A stretch of DNA of 64,000 nt from an uncultured Chloroflexia bacterium (GTDB lineage: Bacteria > Chloroflexota > Anaerolineae > B4-G1 > SLSP01): NCBI GenBank assembly GCA_963751345.1, contig CAVVUS010000011.1, positions 64,001-128,000 on the forward strand, in the 5' to 3' direction. Positions 30,736-42,501 of the stretch are shown piece after piece. Position 1 is the stretch's first letter, and each line of letters starts with the position of its first letter. A program made the translations under genes and the position numbers. The notes under the pieces are model-generated. The model saw nothing but the letters and a program-made list of their open reading frames with translations. It did no database searches and was not told the DNA's origin.

Positions 30736-32646
30736 TCAGTGCCCGGCGACCCTCACGGTACCCAGCCGCAAGTACTCATTGGCCAGCCGCCCGTAGTTGC
30801 CGAACTTCACTATGGCAGCCATATCATTCCCGTCCGGAGCGACGAGGGCGATGTCGACGAAGTAGTCGCCGCTCGAAAGGTCAGCCAGCTCCCAGGTATA
30901 CGACGCGGTCGTCGTCTGCTCCGCTGGCCAGTCTCTGGCGTCGGAGGAGACGGCGGTCTCCTGATAGGCCGGCGCGTCCTCGCCCACCTTGGTCAGGGCC
31001 AATGCCAGTCTGTAGGCGCGGTGGATCTTGTCCACCCCGCGGTTCTCAACTTGTAGCTCCAGCGTGTTTGCGGCGTTGGCCACCAGCGGTGACGGTGCCG
31101 TCGCCTGCTTCACGATGAACCAATAGCCCATCCGGTTGGCCCAGTCGTCCACCCAGTCCTTGCCGAGGTTGTTCACGAAGTCGCGCGGATAGTGATGGAT
31201 GCCGGCATAGCTCACCGGGGCCGAGCGGCACGACAAGACAGTATCCAGGTCCTCCTTCACCATCTGCCAGGGGACATTGGGCAGATCTTCGTGGCCCTGC
31301 CACTCGCGGATGTGGCGCGACTCCATGATGTTCGGCCGGTCCAGACGTGCCCGACGCATACACGGGAACGAGTAACCGTCCCAGCGGTAGGGGCTGTCGT
31401 CACGGATCCACGCATCCTTTTCGTCCAGTGCCCAGTCGCAGCATTCGGCTCCCATGTCATCATTCACGACGAGCCGGTGGCCCGGGAACGCATGCTCCAG
31501 GATCGCCCAATGTTTCTGGAAGGTGGCGAGGTCGTACGGGTGGCTGTGTCCTTCGCCCCAGCGCCCGAGCGAGCCAAGGTCGATGTAGCTGATATCATCG
31601 CGGCTGCCGTATCGTTCGCCCAAGGCGTTCATGAACTGGGTCAGCTTCTCGAGGTAGATGGGATCGTCGGCCAGTGGACGCCACTCATTGCCGTGCACGA
31701 TCTCGCCTTGGGCACCGGCCTTCTCCACCCACTGGGGCACCGCATATTTCCGGTCACACGGGGTTGGTCCCCAGTAGCCGTAGTTGGCAATCCGGAAGCT
31801 GAACGTGCGCCCGGTTCCCTCGAAGCGACTGAAGACGTTATCCAGCCAGGACCAGTCATAGACGCCCTCGCCGCCATCCTCGAAGCACGACCACGAGATG
31901 CGCGTGTAGATGTCGCTGATTGGCACATCGGCCAGCGTGTCGCCAGGGACAACGACTTCGGCCAGATACTCGGGATAGCCCCCGCCCCTGCAGCGGTTGC
32001 CCTCGGCCTCGTAGGCGATCCAACCTTTCTCGGGGTTGATCAGCACTTCATCGGATGCCGTCGGATGGAAGGTCTTTGTCCCGTCGTGCTCGGTGGGGGC
32101 GATGGCGAGGGGTGGGGAGGGAGTGGGGGGCGGCGGGGTAGGCTCCGTGTAGCTAATCGTGGGGTTCCAGGCTGTGGCGTCGCCGCTAGCATCGCCCTCG
32201 TTCATATTCACGACGAAGCGGATCTGATCACCGGCGTTAACTACCACGGTGAAGTCGTGGTTGAGTCCGACGGTGTCGTCGGGGGCAAGCGTTGTCCAGG
32301 CATCAGCCATCGTCCCGCCGGGTGGCCAGACCTTGGCGTGGTTCCTGGTGATGCGCACGCGCACGCCGTCGCCCTGCGGTGCCTCGTGCCTGGCGACCTT
32401 GCCCGTGATGCGGATGGTCCCGTCCTGAGGCGCTTCCCAACCGAGCACCGCATCGTGTGCCCGGTTGTTCACCAATCCCGGGTGCATCACGCCTGGACCG
32501 ATGTACGGGGCATCGATGTCCGCGGCCGCCTGCCAGCGCCCGTTAGCCCAGACCAACGGCAGGTTCATCGGTCGTTCGTAGAACCACCGGTCGCGTCCCT
32601 GCGTCGCTGAGAAACCATCCGCTGCTGTCCAAGTCTCTTTTCGCAT
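30736..32646 (-). CDS. putative glycoside hydrolase (DUF4832-type) with N-terminal CBM-like module
   Basis: LINPEKGW, YTRISWSCFE..EGVYDW, LGRWGEGH, RMGYWF, VENRGV; Pro-rich linker; AGGAGG RBS. Confidence 0.7.
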   Translation of the reverse strand: MRKETWTAADGFSATQGRDRWFYERPMNLPLVWANGRWQAAADIDAPYIGPGVMHPGLVNNRAHDAVLGWEAPQDGTIRITGKVARHEAPQGDGVRVRITRNHAKVWPPGGTMADAWTTLAPDDTVGLNHDFTVVVNAGDQIRFVVNMNEGDASGDATAWNPTISYTEPTPPPPTPSPPLAIAPTEHDGTKTFHPTASDEVLINPEKGWIAYEAEGNRCRGGGYPEYLAEVVVPGDTLADVPISDIYTRISWSCFEDGGEGVYDWSWLDNVFSRFEGTGRTFSFRIANYGYWGPTPCDRKYAVPQWVEKAGAQGEIVHGNEWRPLADDPIYLEKLTQFMNALGERYGSRDDISYIDLGSLGRWGEGHSHPYDLATFQKHWAILEHAFPGHRLVVNDDMGAECCDWALDEKDAWIRDDSPYRWDGYSFPCMRRARLDRPNIMESRHIREWQGHEDLPNVPWQMVKEDLDTVLSCRSAPVSYAGIHHYPRDFVNNLGKDWVDDWANRMGYWFIVKQATAPSPLVANAANTLELQVENRGVDKIHRAYRLALALTKVGEDAPAYQETAVSSDARDWPAEQTTTASYTWELADLSSGDYFVDIALVAPDGNDMAAIVKFGNYGRLANEYLRLGTVRVAGH

Positions 32647-32996
32647 CAGGCGCCTCCTGTATGCTAGCCTACACCTCGCGGGAGCGATTCACCTTGTGGC
32701 TGTGTGCTCTGCTCGCCGGATGCTACTGGTATAGAACACAATGACGCGCATGCAAGAGCGTGCCCGAGGCTATTGTGGCCCCCATTGTCAGGGCCACGAA
32801 TGCATCGTAGCTAAGCCTAAAGCATGTCTGATAGCTGGGCACGCCTCCCAAGGACCGGTCGCCGCGTCTGGACTTTGTTTGGATTGTGTAGTATCTATTA
32901 CGCCGACACTGCATCGACGAGGCTGCCGGACCCTTCGCCGCTGACCCGGCGCCTCGATAGGCGCCCTGGCGCGGCTAACAGATCGAGGATTGCCTA

Positions 32997-34345
32997 ATGA
33001 GAAACATCGACCGCAAGTGGTGGGTGCTGATCGCCATCGGCGCCGGCTCGTTTATGTCTGCGCTGGATGGCAGTGTTGTCAACACCATCCTGCCGATCTT
33101 GCGCGCAGCCTTCAACAGCAACGTGGCTACCATCGAGTGGGTTGTGACCATCTACCTGCTGGTGCTGAGTGGCCTGCTACTGACTTTTGGCCGCCTGGGC
33201 GATTTGCGCGGGCACAAGATCGTCTACGTTTGGGGTTTCGGTATCTTCGTCACAGGTTCCATACTGTGTGGCGCAAGTGGATCAGCGACCGCATTGATTG
33301 TTCTCCGTGGTCTACAGGCCATTGGATCTGCCATGCTGGCCTCCAATGCACCCGCGATTGTGACCGGCAATGTACCTGCCGCGGAGCGTGGGCGTGCCTT
33401 TGGCCTGGTTTCCGCCATGACTTACCTGGGACTGACCGTTGGCCCATCGTTGGGTGGGGCGCTGGCCCACGCTCTTGGGTGGCGGACGGTATTCTACATC
33501 AATGTACCGGTTGGGGGGGCGGCATTGGCCCTGAGTCTGATCTTCATTCCGAAGGATTCTCCTCCGGAGAGTGAGAAGCGCTTCGATCTGCTGGGGGCAG
33601 CCGTGTTCGTGATAGGGCTGACTTCGCTCTTGCTGGGCCTGAATAAGGGCGCTGAATGGGGCTGGTTTTCTGCGGCGGTCCTGGGACTGCTGGCGCTGGC
33701 TTTGGTCCTGCTCTTCGTTTTCATCCTGATCGAGCGCGGCTCTTCCGCTCCTATGCTGGATCTGGGTCTCTTCCGCATCCCCCTGTTTTCGACTTCGGTT
33801 GTCAGCGCAGTGCTGAACTATATCTGCGTCTACAGTATCACCTTTCTGATACCTTTCTACCTGATCCAGGGACGCGGGCTGAATCCCGCCCAGGCGGGCC
33901 TGCTACTAACCGTGCAGCCGGTGATGATGGCGATCACCGCTCCGATTAGCGGCGTCTTGTCGGATAAAGTCGGTTCACGCAGGCCGGGGATGCTTGGTAT
34001 GGCGATTCTGGCTGGAGGTCTGTTTCTGCTCTCCAGGCTGGGAGCTGAATCGGGTCTATGGATGGTGGCCGTGGGACTGGCAATTGTGGGTGTTGGTACG
34101 GGTACGTTCATCTCCCCAAATACCAGCGTTTGATGGGGGCTGCGCCCCGCGCCCGGCAGGGGATCGCCTCGGCGGTTCAAGGTGCGGCGCGCAGTGGGTA
34201 TGGTGCTGGGGATTCGATTGGCCGGTGCTGTTCGCACCACCCAGTTGGCCCAAAACGCAGCAGATGCCCTGAATCGAGGGATTAGCCAGGCGTTGATCGT
34301 AGTCGCTGGGGTGGCCGCGTTGGGACTATGGCATCAGCCCTCAAA
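32997..34345 (+). CDS. DHA2 (EmrB/QacA) MFS efflux pump, 3' end frameshifted (~34128 onward; end approximate)
   Basis: FMSALDGSVVN, GRLGDLRG, WRTVFYINVPVG, PMLDLGLF; collinear with the intact paralog at 55840-57210. Confidence 0.85.
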
Positions 34346-34374
34346 GATGAGGTCATCGGGGAATATGCCGCCGC

Positions 34375-36557
34375 CTACGGGATCGCCGGAGGGCCGCTAA
34401 CCTCCAACTCCGCAAACTGCATCGCGAAATCATCGTCCTCGACTCGCCAAGCTGCGTGGCCGTCACGCGGATGTAGCGGTAGGCGCCGGGCGCGAAGTTG
34501 AAGGCCTGCACTTGCCGTGCGGGATCGCCGGGATCGTAGTCGGTCTCGGTCACCAGGTCGGTCCAGGCGTCCGGTGTCACGGCGCCCTGGATGATGAAGT
34601 CCACCGGGAAGCCGGCACCCTCGTATTGCAGATCGTCGCGTGGGTACAGGCGCACGGTATCCACCACGGCCGGTGCCCCGAGGTCGACCTGCACCCATTC
34701 GGTCTGGTCCGGATCGCCGTGGATGTCGCTCGACCAGCCCAGCGCATCAGGCAGGCTGTGCCGGATCTCGTCCACCAGGCGATCGGGGCTCCATCCCGAC
34801 CCATCATACGCGGAACTGCTCGCCACTTGCTTCGTGGCTGCGTAGTTGTCGGGCTGTGTCGGCGCTGCTACGGCTACATCGCCCGGCGACTCCTGCCCGG
34901 TGGGTGTCAGCAGGACCAGCATCACGCTATCCGGTGGCAGGTCATATCGCTCCGCAAAGCCGTCGCTTGGCACTGACCTTCCCCGATCGATGGCTGTCAG
35001 CGCTTCCGTCGGCCCAACGTCATAGCCCCGAAGTCCCTGGACGTAGTCGTTGTAGTAGTTGGCGTGCGTCGCATCGATCAGGTAGCGAGTCACGACGACA
35101 TCCTGACCACCTGTCAACGTCGGAAGGCCACCTACCGAAAGGTCGACGGTTCGCCCGCTCTCCCAGTAGTTCCAGATCAGCACCGCTACCTGTCCCGACC
35201 CGTCGCGCGTAGCCATGGCGTAGCTGTGCTGATCCCCGGTGTTGTCGCCCGTCACGACGGTCGTGAGGCGGCGCTCGCCGAGGCGCGAGATCATGTCGAA
35301 GAGGTTGTACGTTGCCTTGCGATGGCCGTTGACGGTCAGCAGGCCCAGATCCCCGTTGAAGATCTGGCGCGGCGTGTAGCCCTCGATCGGCGTGAAGAAG
35401 AAGGCCCGGCGGATGCCGGGATGTGCGAGAAGGTCGTAGAGCTTCACCGCGACCGCTGAGGCGCCGACATTCGTGTCCGAGGGTGCTCCCGGGCCGGTAG
35501 TCATGCTCGGCGTCAGGTTCCACTCCGTCACATAGATCTCGCGAGGCGCCAAGCCGGCATCGGCGATCATCGTCTCGACCGTGGCCACGTTCCAGGCGAG
35601 GGTGTAGGGTTGCAGACCGTCGCCGTCGGGGTCGCTGTAGTCGTGGTAGGAGACGAAATCCAGTGCCACATCGGGATACGTCTTCACATAGCTCAACAGG
35701 GCGCCCAGTTTGCTGCCCGGCGAGGTCACGGAGCTGTCTGCCGAGCCGCCCACACGCGCAGTCGGGTCAGCCTCTTTCACTGCCCGGGCGGTTGCGCCGT
35801 AGAGGTTGACGTACTGCTCGGGGTTACCATAGAAGAAGAACTCCAGGTCCGGCTCGTTCCAGACTTCCCAAGTCAGGCCGGAGTAGCCGAGGCTCTGGTA
35901 GTGCTCGACGAAGGTACGGACCACCTGCGCCCATTCGTCCAGGTTACCCGGTGGCGTCTTCGACTGCCCTCGGGGGTCCAGTGCCTCCGGCTTGTAGGAG
36001 AGACACATCAGTGGCTGCATCCCTTGCTGAAGGATCGGCACGACGACACGGTCGAGCCGCGAGAAGTCAAACTGAAGACTGCCGCCAGCATCACGCCAGA
36101 CCACACTGTAGAAAGCGTCATCGGTGAGATGATCCAGACGGATCATGTCCATCCCGATCGCAGCCAGCTCATCGTAGGTGTCGGGGAGCCAGTTGACGTT
36201 TTCCATCGGTGCGTAGCCGCCTGCGGCACTGTTGAGCATCCGTGTCTTGTCGAAGGCACCTTCCTCCCCGGTGGCGTCCACGTCCACCGCCAGCGGCAGG
36301 ATGGCGAGCGGCGTCGGTGTCGGTGTTGTCTGTGCGGGTGGCTCCGGCGCCGGTGGCCTCGTTGCCGTTGCAGGTGTCGAAATGGATGGGGCCTCCGTTG
36401 GTGTCGCGATCGGCGGCAAGATGGTCTTCGCCGGCCTCTGCGTCACCGGGCTAAGTGTCTGGGTGGTCGGCGACGTCGCCGGCGGGGTCTGGGATGCTGA
36501 GCAGGCTGCCGCCAGCACGATGACCATCCCCAAAAGTATCCACAGCCTCTTGCGCAA
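34375..36557 (-). CDS. GH39-like glycosidase lipoprotein with C-terminal F5/8 (discoidin/CBM32) domain; frameshift ~34443
   Basis: TTG start after AGGAG; LAAAC lipobox; Pro/Thr linker; WEVWNEPD acid/base; YVTEWN nucleophile; WVQVDLG...YRYIRV. Confidence 0.85.
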
Positions 36558-36762
36558 TTCGCTCTCCTCTCCGGGGCTCGCCTGCTGACGCGGGCCCAAT
36601 CAGTGCGGGTATGTAAGGGCTGCATAGTACCACACTGGGCCACGAGGCAAGGCTGAAGCGCAGGCCTGATCTCAGCTAGCGGGACGATGCTCGTGATCAG
36701 CCGTCACAGCGAAGAGGAACTTGCCCCGCTGATCTACAATACACGCCCGAACGTTGGCCGGT

Positions 36763-38079
36763 TCAGAACAACAGCGGAACCGCAATCAGCAAGAACAGCC
36801 CCCACACCAGGTAGGCATTCGTCGCGTAACCGAAGACTGATTGCAGTGACTCCACCCATTGACCACGGGCGTCTCTGAACTGTCTGTAGAGCAGCCAGCC
36901 CAGAATGGCCATGTTGATGACGTTCCAGCCGATGATCGTCAGCCGATTGGGTGTTAGCCCACCCTCGATGGTGCGGAAGACGGTGGCAGAGAGTGCATAA
37001 GCGCCGACCAGCTCTACCAGGATGGCTACCGCGATGATACCCCTGCGCAGCCACGTTTGAAGCGCCGGAGATAGAACGTCTCCCCGGATAGGCGTAGCAC
37101 CCAGGAGCAGCCCAAGGATGGCAAAGAGCATAAGGTTATAGACGATCAGGACATCCCGGTTCTCATAGGGCGCCAGGAAGTTGAAGGGGATCACGAGGAT
37201 ATAGATCACCAACACGCCCAGGGTCAAAGGTAGCAACAGCCGCATCATCGTGGCGATGAATCTACTCAGGCCTTGGTCGAAATCCTGCTCCGAGGGTGGC
37301 ACGCGAGGGTCGTAGATCGTGGCGATGGCCAGAACCGGCAGCAGACCAAAGCCGCCGGCGGCGATCAACCGCATCCAGATTTCCGGCAAGTTGATGCTCA
37401 GTGCAGCAAACATCCCCACGGTAATGCCGCCGAAGGCCACGCCTGCAATCAGATACAGGCCGGCCGTGATCATAACTTCGACCGATCTGAACAGGAAAGC
37501 AAAACGGTCTTGTATGCTGGATCTGAATCCCAGAACCGAAATGCCCAGGCCGACCCAACACAACAAAGGAATGTGAATGGCAGCCAGAACGATAAACTGG
37601 TCGGCCTTCCAGATCGGGTCGAGGGTTGGCGCCAGTATGACTGCATACGCCGCGGTTGCCAGCAAGCCCAATCCCAGAGCCAGCGCACGGCCATAGTGCT
37701 TCTTGGAGGTGAGTGCCATGAAGATCAGTGCGCTCATCGTCGCGATGGGCGACCACCAGAGCAGCAACTGAGGGATCCTCTCCAGCACGATCAGGTGCTG
37801 TACATCGGAAAGGGCCCAGAAGATCAGGCCCGTCAACACGCTGAGAGGCACGGCCGCAATCCAGTTTACGCCCCGGTCGGGTTTCGCCGATGCCTCCGCG
37901 ACCTGCTGGAACCGGTAGAACCATGCGGCATAGAGCATATTCTCAGGCGCCGTTTCATAGCAGGCCAAGAGGGCGGACTGGAAAGCTCCTGCCTGCCCCT
38001 TTCGTCGCGCATCCCGATAGAGCTGCTCCAGCTTGTGAGGATCTGAGCCTGCCGTCCGGATTTCCGCTTCGAGTTCCAT
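36763..38079 (-). CDS. multi-pass membrane protein (DUF4153-like)
   Basis: GGAGG RBS before MELEAEIR; about 10 TM; GGLTPNRLTIIGWN motif. Confidence 0.75.
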   Translation of the reverse strand: MELEAEIRTAGSDPHKLEQLYRDARRKGQAGAFQSALLACYETAPENMLYAAWFYRFQQVAEASAKPDRGVNWIAAVPLSVLTGLIFWALSDVQHLIVLERIPQLLLWWSPIATMSALIFMALTSKKHYGRALALGLGLLATAAYAVILAPTLDPIWKADQFIVLAAIHIPLLCWVGLGISVLGFRSSIQDRFAFLFRSVEVMITAGLYLIAGVAFGGITVGMFAALSINLPEIWMRLIAAGGFGLLPVLAIATIYDPRVPPSEQDFDQGLSRFIATMMRLLLPLTLGVLVIYILVIPFNFLAPYENRDVLIVYNLMLFAILGLLLGATPIRGDVLSPALQTWLRRGIIAVAILVELVGAYALSATVFRTIEGGLTPNRLTIIGWNVINMAILGWLLYRQFRDARGQWVESLQSVFGYATNAYLVWGLFLLIAVPLLF

Positions 38080-38469
38080 CGCTGCCTCCGAGATACGTCG
38101 CGTGTTGAGTGCCGGGTCGTTGGGTACGGCACACGAAGATGACCCGATATAGTGACCATGATACAGCCAACGGGCCTCTCTGTCGACGGTGCAAGACCGC
38201 GGCAGGCTGCACTCAAGTGCTTGACACGCTCCGTCCGGCTCCGAGGCTTCTCGGCCTCCTGGGCAACGGAGGGCTTCCCTATCCCAGGTAGGGCTACCTG
38301 CGATTACCGGATGCCTCGCCGCGCGGACCGCCATCAGGTCCTGAGCTGCACTGTCCTTGCGGGACCCGCCAAGGTCGGGTATGCTTGGGCCGTGACGATG
38401 GGAAGCCCTATCGGGGAGTGCCGGGTAGGGTTTCTTTGCTGATGAGAATCACCCAATGGAGATTCCTGA

Positions 38470-39273
38470 ATGAACGCTGTCATTACAGGGGCATCCTCGG
38501 GAATAGGCAGGGCGCTGGTGAGAACCTTCGCTCGGAACGGCCACGCTGTTCTCGCAGTGGCGCGACGAGAGGAGCGCCTGCTGGCGCTCTGCCAGGAAAT
38601 GGCGGACGCATGCCAGGCCACTGTCTACCCCCTCGCCCTGGACCTCACTTCTTCGGACGCGCCGGAGATCCTGTTCGGGGAAGCCGTCCGCGTTTTCGGG
38701 AAAGTCCACGTGCTCATCAACAACGCCGGGATGAGCCCCTATCAGGAATTCGGTGAATTGAGCGCGCTGCACCTGCGCCAGACCATTGTTCTCAACGTGC
38801 AGTCTTTAACAGAACTGTGTCACCTCTTCATACCCCACATGCTGGCCCACGGTGAACCCAGCCATGTGGTGAATGTGGGCTCCGTGGGAGGCTACGCGCC
38901 TCTTCCCCACTTCTCCGTCTACACGGGGACGAAGCACTACGTTCGGGTCTTCACCGACTTGCTCTACCATGAGTACCGTGGCACCAATATCCATATCGGC
39001 GCCCTTCATCCCGGAGGGACGCTGACGGAGTTCCCCGAACTCGCCGGCCAGCGCGTGAGGCGGTTCGCTCGGAGAGGCATGCTGACGCCAGAACAGGTGG
39101 CGGAGAGCGCCTATCCTGCCATTCTCAAGGGAAGACGGATCATCATCCCGGGCGCCACGAACAAGCTGGCCGTCGTTATGGGCAAGGTGCTTCCTTTCCC
39201 CTGGGCTATTCGGGTGATGGAGCTCGTCTATAACCTCACTGTTGCTAGGACACCGCCCACCTACCCATTGTAG
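38470..39273 (+). CDS. SDR family oxidoreductase
   Basis: TGASSGIG, NNAG, YTGTK. Confidence 0.92.
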   Translation: MNAVITGASSGIGRALVRTFARNGHAVLAVARREERLLALCQEMADACQATVYPLALDLTSSDAPEILFGEAVRVFGKVHVLINNAGMSPYQEFGELSALHLRQTIVLNVQSLTELCHLFIPHMLAHGEPSHVVNVGSVGGYAPLPHFSVYTGTKHYVRVFTDLLYHEYRGTNIHIGALHPGGTLTEFPELAGQRVRRFARRGMLTPEQVAESAYPAILKGRRIIIPGATNKLAVVMGKVLPFPWAIRVMELVYNLTVARTPPTYPL

Positions 39274-39374
39274 GCTGTCTGCAGACCGTGACCTCGACAT
39301 CGGCCGATCGACGAAGGTAGAGATGAGGCAAGCTGTGCAATCTCCAAGACAAAGCAGGAAATGAGACAGGACGG

Positions 39375-40367
39375 ATGCCTATGAAGGTTCTGATGGTGGG
39401 CTCTGGCGCCGTGGGGCAGGTGTTCGGCCTATTCCTCGCCAACTCCGGCGTTGAGCTGGCCTTCTATGCCCGACCCGGATCTGCCGATGGGCTGAGAGAG
39501 GCACTGGAGCACGGCGGGCTGCCGTTGTTCCAGATCTCCTATCTTCATAGGCGGAACCCCATCGCTCACCGACTGAAGGCCTATCAGGTGGTGACGGATG
39601 TGGCCGAAAGTCAGAGATTCGACCCGGACCAGATTTGGTTTGCCGTGCCCTCGCCTGTCTACTACTCTGAGTGGTTCCGGATGTTCCTGCGCGAGGTGCC
39701 CTCTGAACGCGTGGTGTGTTTCGCTCCTGAGGGGGGACGGCCTGAGATCGTCCCCGAAGGTGTACCTGAGGGCAGGCTGGTTTTCGGAGGGATCACGTTC
39801 GTCGCCTGGCAAGGAGATCTGGAAGGCGGAGGCGGACGGTCGGAAGGGGTGAACTTCTGGCTGCCACCCGGTCCGGGGATCCCTCTGATGGGCGCAGAGA
39901 AAGCCTGTCTCGAGGTGAAGGAGGTATTGGCGACCGCAGGGATCCGCAGTGGGGTAAAGGATCCGGGCTACCGCAGCAGTCAGGCGGCCGCGACCGCCCT
40001 GCTATCAACCTTTGTGGCGGGAATCGAGCTTTCAGGATGGTCGCTCGGGGCATTTCGTAGAGGTCCGTGGCTCAGACGGGCTGCACGTGGCTCGCGGGAA
40101 GCAGTGTCGGGCCAGCTTTCCAGCGCCGGCGGCCTCGCGCGGCGGCTTCTTGGGATTCCTCTATCGGCGGCGGGATTCTATCTGGTCACTCTTTTCCTGC
40201 CCATCTTCTTCCCATTTGACCTGGAGAAGTATCTGAAGTTCCACTACCTGAAGACCAGGCCGCAAACCCTCGCTTTGCTTGAGCTTTTCGTCAGTGACGG
40301 AAGCGGGCAGGGGCTTCCGGTGCAGAACATCCGGATCCTCCTCCAAGGACTCCTTGATTCCGCATGA
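39375..40367 (+). CDS. ketopantoate reductase-like NAD(P)-binding protein
   Basis: VLMVGSGAVGQVFG Rossmann start; C-terminal PFDLEKYLKFHYLK. Confidence 0.65.
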   Translation: MPMKVLMVGSGAVGQVFGLFLANSGVELAFYARPGSADGLREALEHGGLPLFQISYLHRRNPIAHRLKAYQVVTDVAESQRFDPDQIWFAVPSPVYYSEWFRMFLREVPSERVVCFAPEGGRPEIVPEGVPEGRLVFGGITFVAWQGDLEGGGGRSEGVNFWLPPGPGIPLMGAEKACLEVKEVLATAGIRSGVKDPGYRSSQAAATALLSTFVAGIELSGWSLGAFRRGPWLRRAARGSREAVSGQLSSAGGLARRLLGIPLSAAGFYLVTLFLPIFFPFDLEKYLKFHYLKTRPQTLALLELFVSDGSGQGLPVQNIRILLQGLLDSA

Positions 40368-40515
40368 TGGCTAGGGTCGATGGACATCGGGCAGGCAGAT
40401 GAGGCGGGCTTCCGGGAAGTTGCCGGTTGCGGTCAGTCGACTAGACTGGAGATGAGCAGCACTTCATCGAAGACACAGAGTTCGTACCTACCCTAACGAG
40501 AGCACTGGAGGCCAT

Positions 40516-40833
40516 ATGCTCAAACACATTGTCTTGCTGAAACTGAAGCCTGGTGTGACGGCGGAACAGTCGTCCGCTCTGCTGGATGCCCTCACCAACC
40601 TGAAGGATCGGGGTAGCATCCCCGGCATCTTGGACGTATCCGGTGGCTACAACAACAGCCCCGAGGGGAAGAGCCAAGGCTACGACTACGGGTTCGTTAT
40701 GTGGTTTGAGGACGCGGAAGCCCGGGACCGGTATCTCCCGCATCCGGAGCATCAGGAACTCGGACGGCGGTACGTCGGCCCGATCGCCGAGGATGTGCTG
40801 GTCTTCGATTTCGAGTGCTCCTTGCCTGACTAG
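40516..40833 (+). CDS. Dabb family (stress-responsive A/B barrel) protein
   Basis: MLKHIVLLKLK, NNSPEG...GYDYGF, RDRYLPHPEHQ. Confidence 0.9.
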   Translation: MLKHIVLLKLKPGVTAEQSSALLDALTNLKDRGSIPGILDVSGGYNNSPEGKSQGYDYGFVMWFEDAEARDRYLPHPEHQELGRRYVGPIAEDVLVFDFECSLPD

Positions 40834-40953
40834 CTATCGGGCCATTGATCTGCGCCGTGTCACGGACGTCCTCGACCCGCGGCACGGCGCAGCGATGAGT
40901 TGAGACTCACCCGGTCCGGTACGCCTCGTCCTTCCCATCGATGTGGCACACGG

Positions 40954-42174
40954 TTACTCCAGCGTCTTGACGTGCGGCTGCATCGCCCAGACCAGGACGA
41001 TGGCCAGCACAAAGAGCCCACTTAGGACAGTGAGAACCGCGGGAACGCCGAAGCGATCGGCGAACGCCCCTATGGGGATCGTGCCCAGTTGGGTTAGCCC
41101 GAACATCATCATGTACGCACTCATAAGCCGGCCCAGGTAGGGCGCATCACAGTTCACCTGCAGCAGAATGCGGTTGGTAACCATGTAGATGTTGCCTGCC
41201 GCACCGACGATGGCGAGCAGGATCAAGACCAAGGCAAAGGCCTGCGACCTGGAGAACAGGAGAAGCGCTACCCCCAAGACAACGCCCGAGCCGAGTAGCA
41301 GTTTGCCCTTGCTCCGGAAATCGCTCATCGAGGCCATGACCAACGAGCTGATGAGCGAGCCAACACCTGGCGCGGCCACGAGGATACCCAGCCCACTGGC
41401 GTCCAGATGCATCACGTCCTGCGCATACTTGGGCATGAGTGTGCCGTAGGGCATCGCGAAGAACCCCCTGAGGAAAACAAGGGCCAGCAGAGGGATCAGG
41501 GCAGGACAGATCCGGATGTACTTGACGCCGCTGGCAATGTCGGACCACACCGAAGCCGAACCCGGATCGGTCGAGCCGGTCAGCGGCAGCTTCAGCGTGG
41601 TCAGAAACACCGCCAGATAGAGCACGGCAACGCCGAAGTAGACAGCCGCCACGCCGACGGTATCGATGAGAAATCCGGCCAGCGAGGCGGCAAAGATGCC
41701 TGCCAGCCCCATGCCAATGGAGTTGAGTGACACGGCGTTCAACAACGTCTCACGATCGACCAACTCAGCAAGGTAGGCGTTCTGTGCCGGCATCAGCACC
41801 GCGAAAAGGACGCCGCGGAACAGTGAGTACACCACCAGGTGCCACACCTGTACAAGACCCAGTGAGATCACCACGGCGATCACCAGCGACGACAACACCA
41901 TCACGGCTCTTGTCCAGAGAAGTAATGTGCGTTTCTCGACGCGGTCTGAGAGCACGCCCGCCCACGGGGAGAGCGCCGAGCTGGCAATGCTCCAGCCGGC
42001 GCTCACCCAGCCCAAGGCGAGGGCAGAACCGGTGATCTCATAGATGAGCCATCCCTGGCCCACGCCGCCCATCTGCATGGTCGACGACGAAGCCAGCATT
42101 CCCAACCAATACCAGCGGAAGTGGCGATCCTGGAGTGCGGCAAATGTGGTGAGTCGGCGTGGCGCCGCGGTCAT
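40954..42174 (-). CDS. MFS transporter (MFS_3/H+ antiporter-like)
   Basis: FAALQDRHFRWYW, TGSALALG, GVLSDRVEKR, LLNAVSLNS, GAFADRFG. Confidence 0.9.
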   Translation of the reverse strand: MTAAPRRLTTFAALQDRHFRWYWLGMLASSSTMQMGGVGQGWLIYEITGSALALGWVSAGWSIASSALSPWAGVLSDRVEKRTLLLWTRAVMVLSSLVIAVVISLGLVQVWHLVVYSLFRGVLFAVLMPAQNAYLAELVDRETLLNAVSLNSIGMGLAGIFAASLAGFLIDTVGVAAVYFGVAVLYLAVFLTTLKLPLTGSTDPGSASVWSDIASGVKYIRICPALIPLLALVFLRGFFAMPYGTLMPKYAQDVMHLDASGLGILVAAPGVGSLISSLVMASMSDFRSKGKLLLGSGVVLGVALLLFSRSQAFALVLILLAIVGAAGNIYMVTNRILLQVNCDAPYLGRLMSAYMMMFGLTQLGTIPIGAFADRFGVPAVLTVLSGLFVLAIVLVWAMQPHVKTLE

Positions 42175-42391
42175 AGGTCGAGGTCCTCTCTTCGCTGTCG
42201 TCCCACGTTATGTTCTGGCATGTGCCTGAGATGGTAGTCACTTGCCCTGTTTGCACAAGAGGCCCTAGATCGCAAGAGTCCGCCCTCGGCAATTCTAGCG
42301 CCGGATGTGGCAACCAAGCTCACCAGCCGATGCTTGTCCACGGTTTGGGCCAACAGATCGCGTCCAGTATTAGCGTTCGCCCGCTCCGAGT

Positions 42392-42450
42392 CCTACCCAC
42401 CTGATTACCACGTTTGGGCGATGACACTAATACCATCCCACGGATATGCT
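42392..42450 (+). promoter_or_regulatory. conserved regulon promoter, copy 1
   Basis: CCTACCCACCTG-ATTACCACGTTTGGGCG-ATGACA-N18-TATGCT. Confidence 0.8.
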
Positions 42451-42501
42451 GTACCTGTAGGGTGCGATGGATCTCACGAACACCCAGAAAGGACATGACC
42501 T

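Noticed and set aside
31192-32610. Long antisense ORFs (also 16124-17443, 28324-29451, 35610-36500)
   Set aside because: These are shadow frames of GC-rich genes with no motifs or RBS.
38439-38475. Hammerhead ribozyme (CTGATGA followed by a GAATC/GATTC stem)
   Set aside because: The required GAAA after stem II is missing and stems I and III are not evident.
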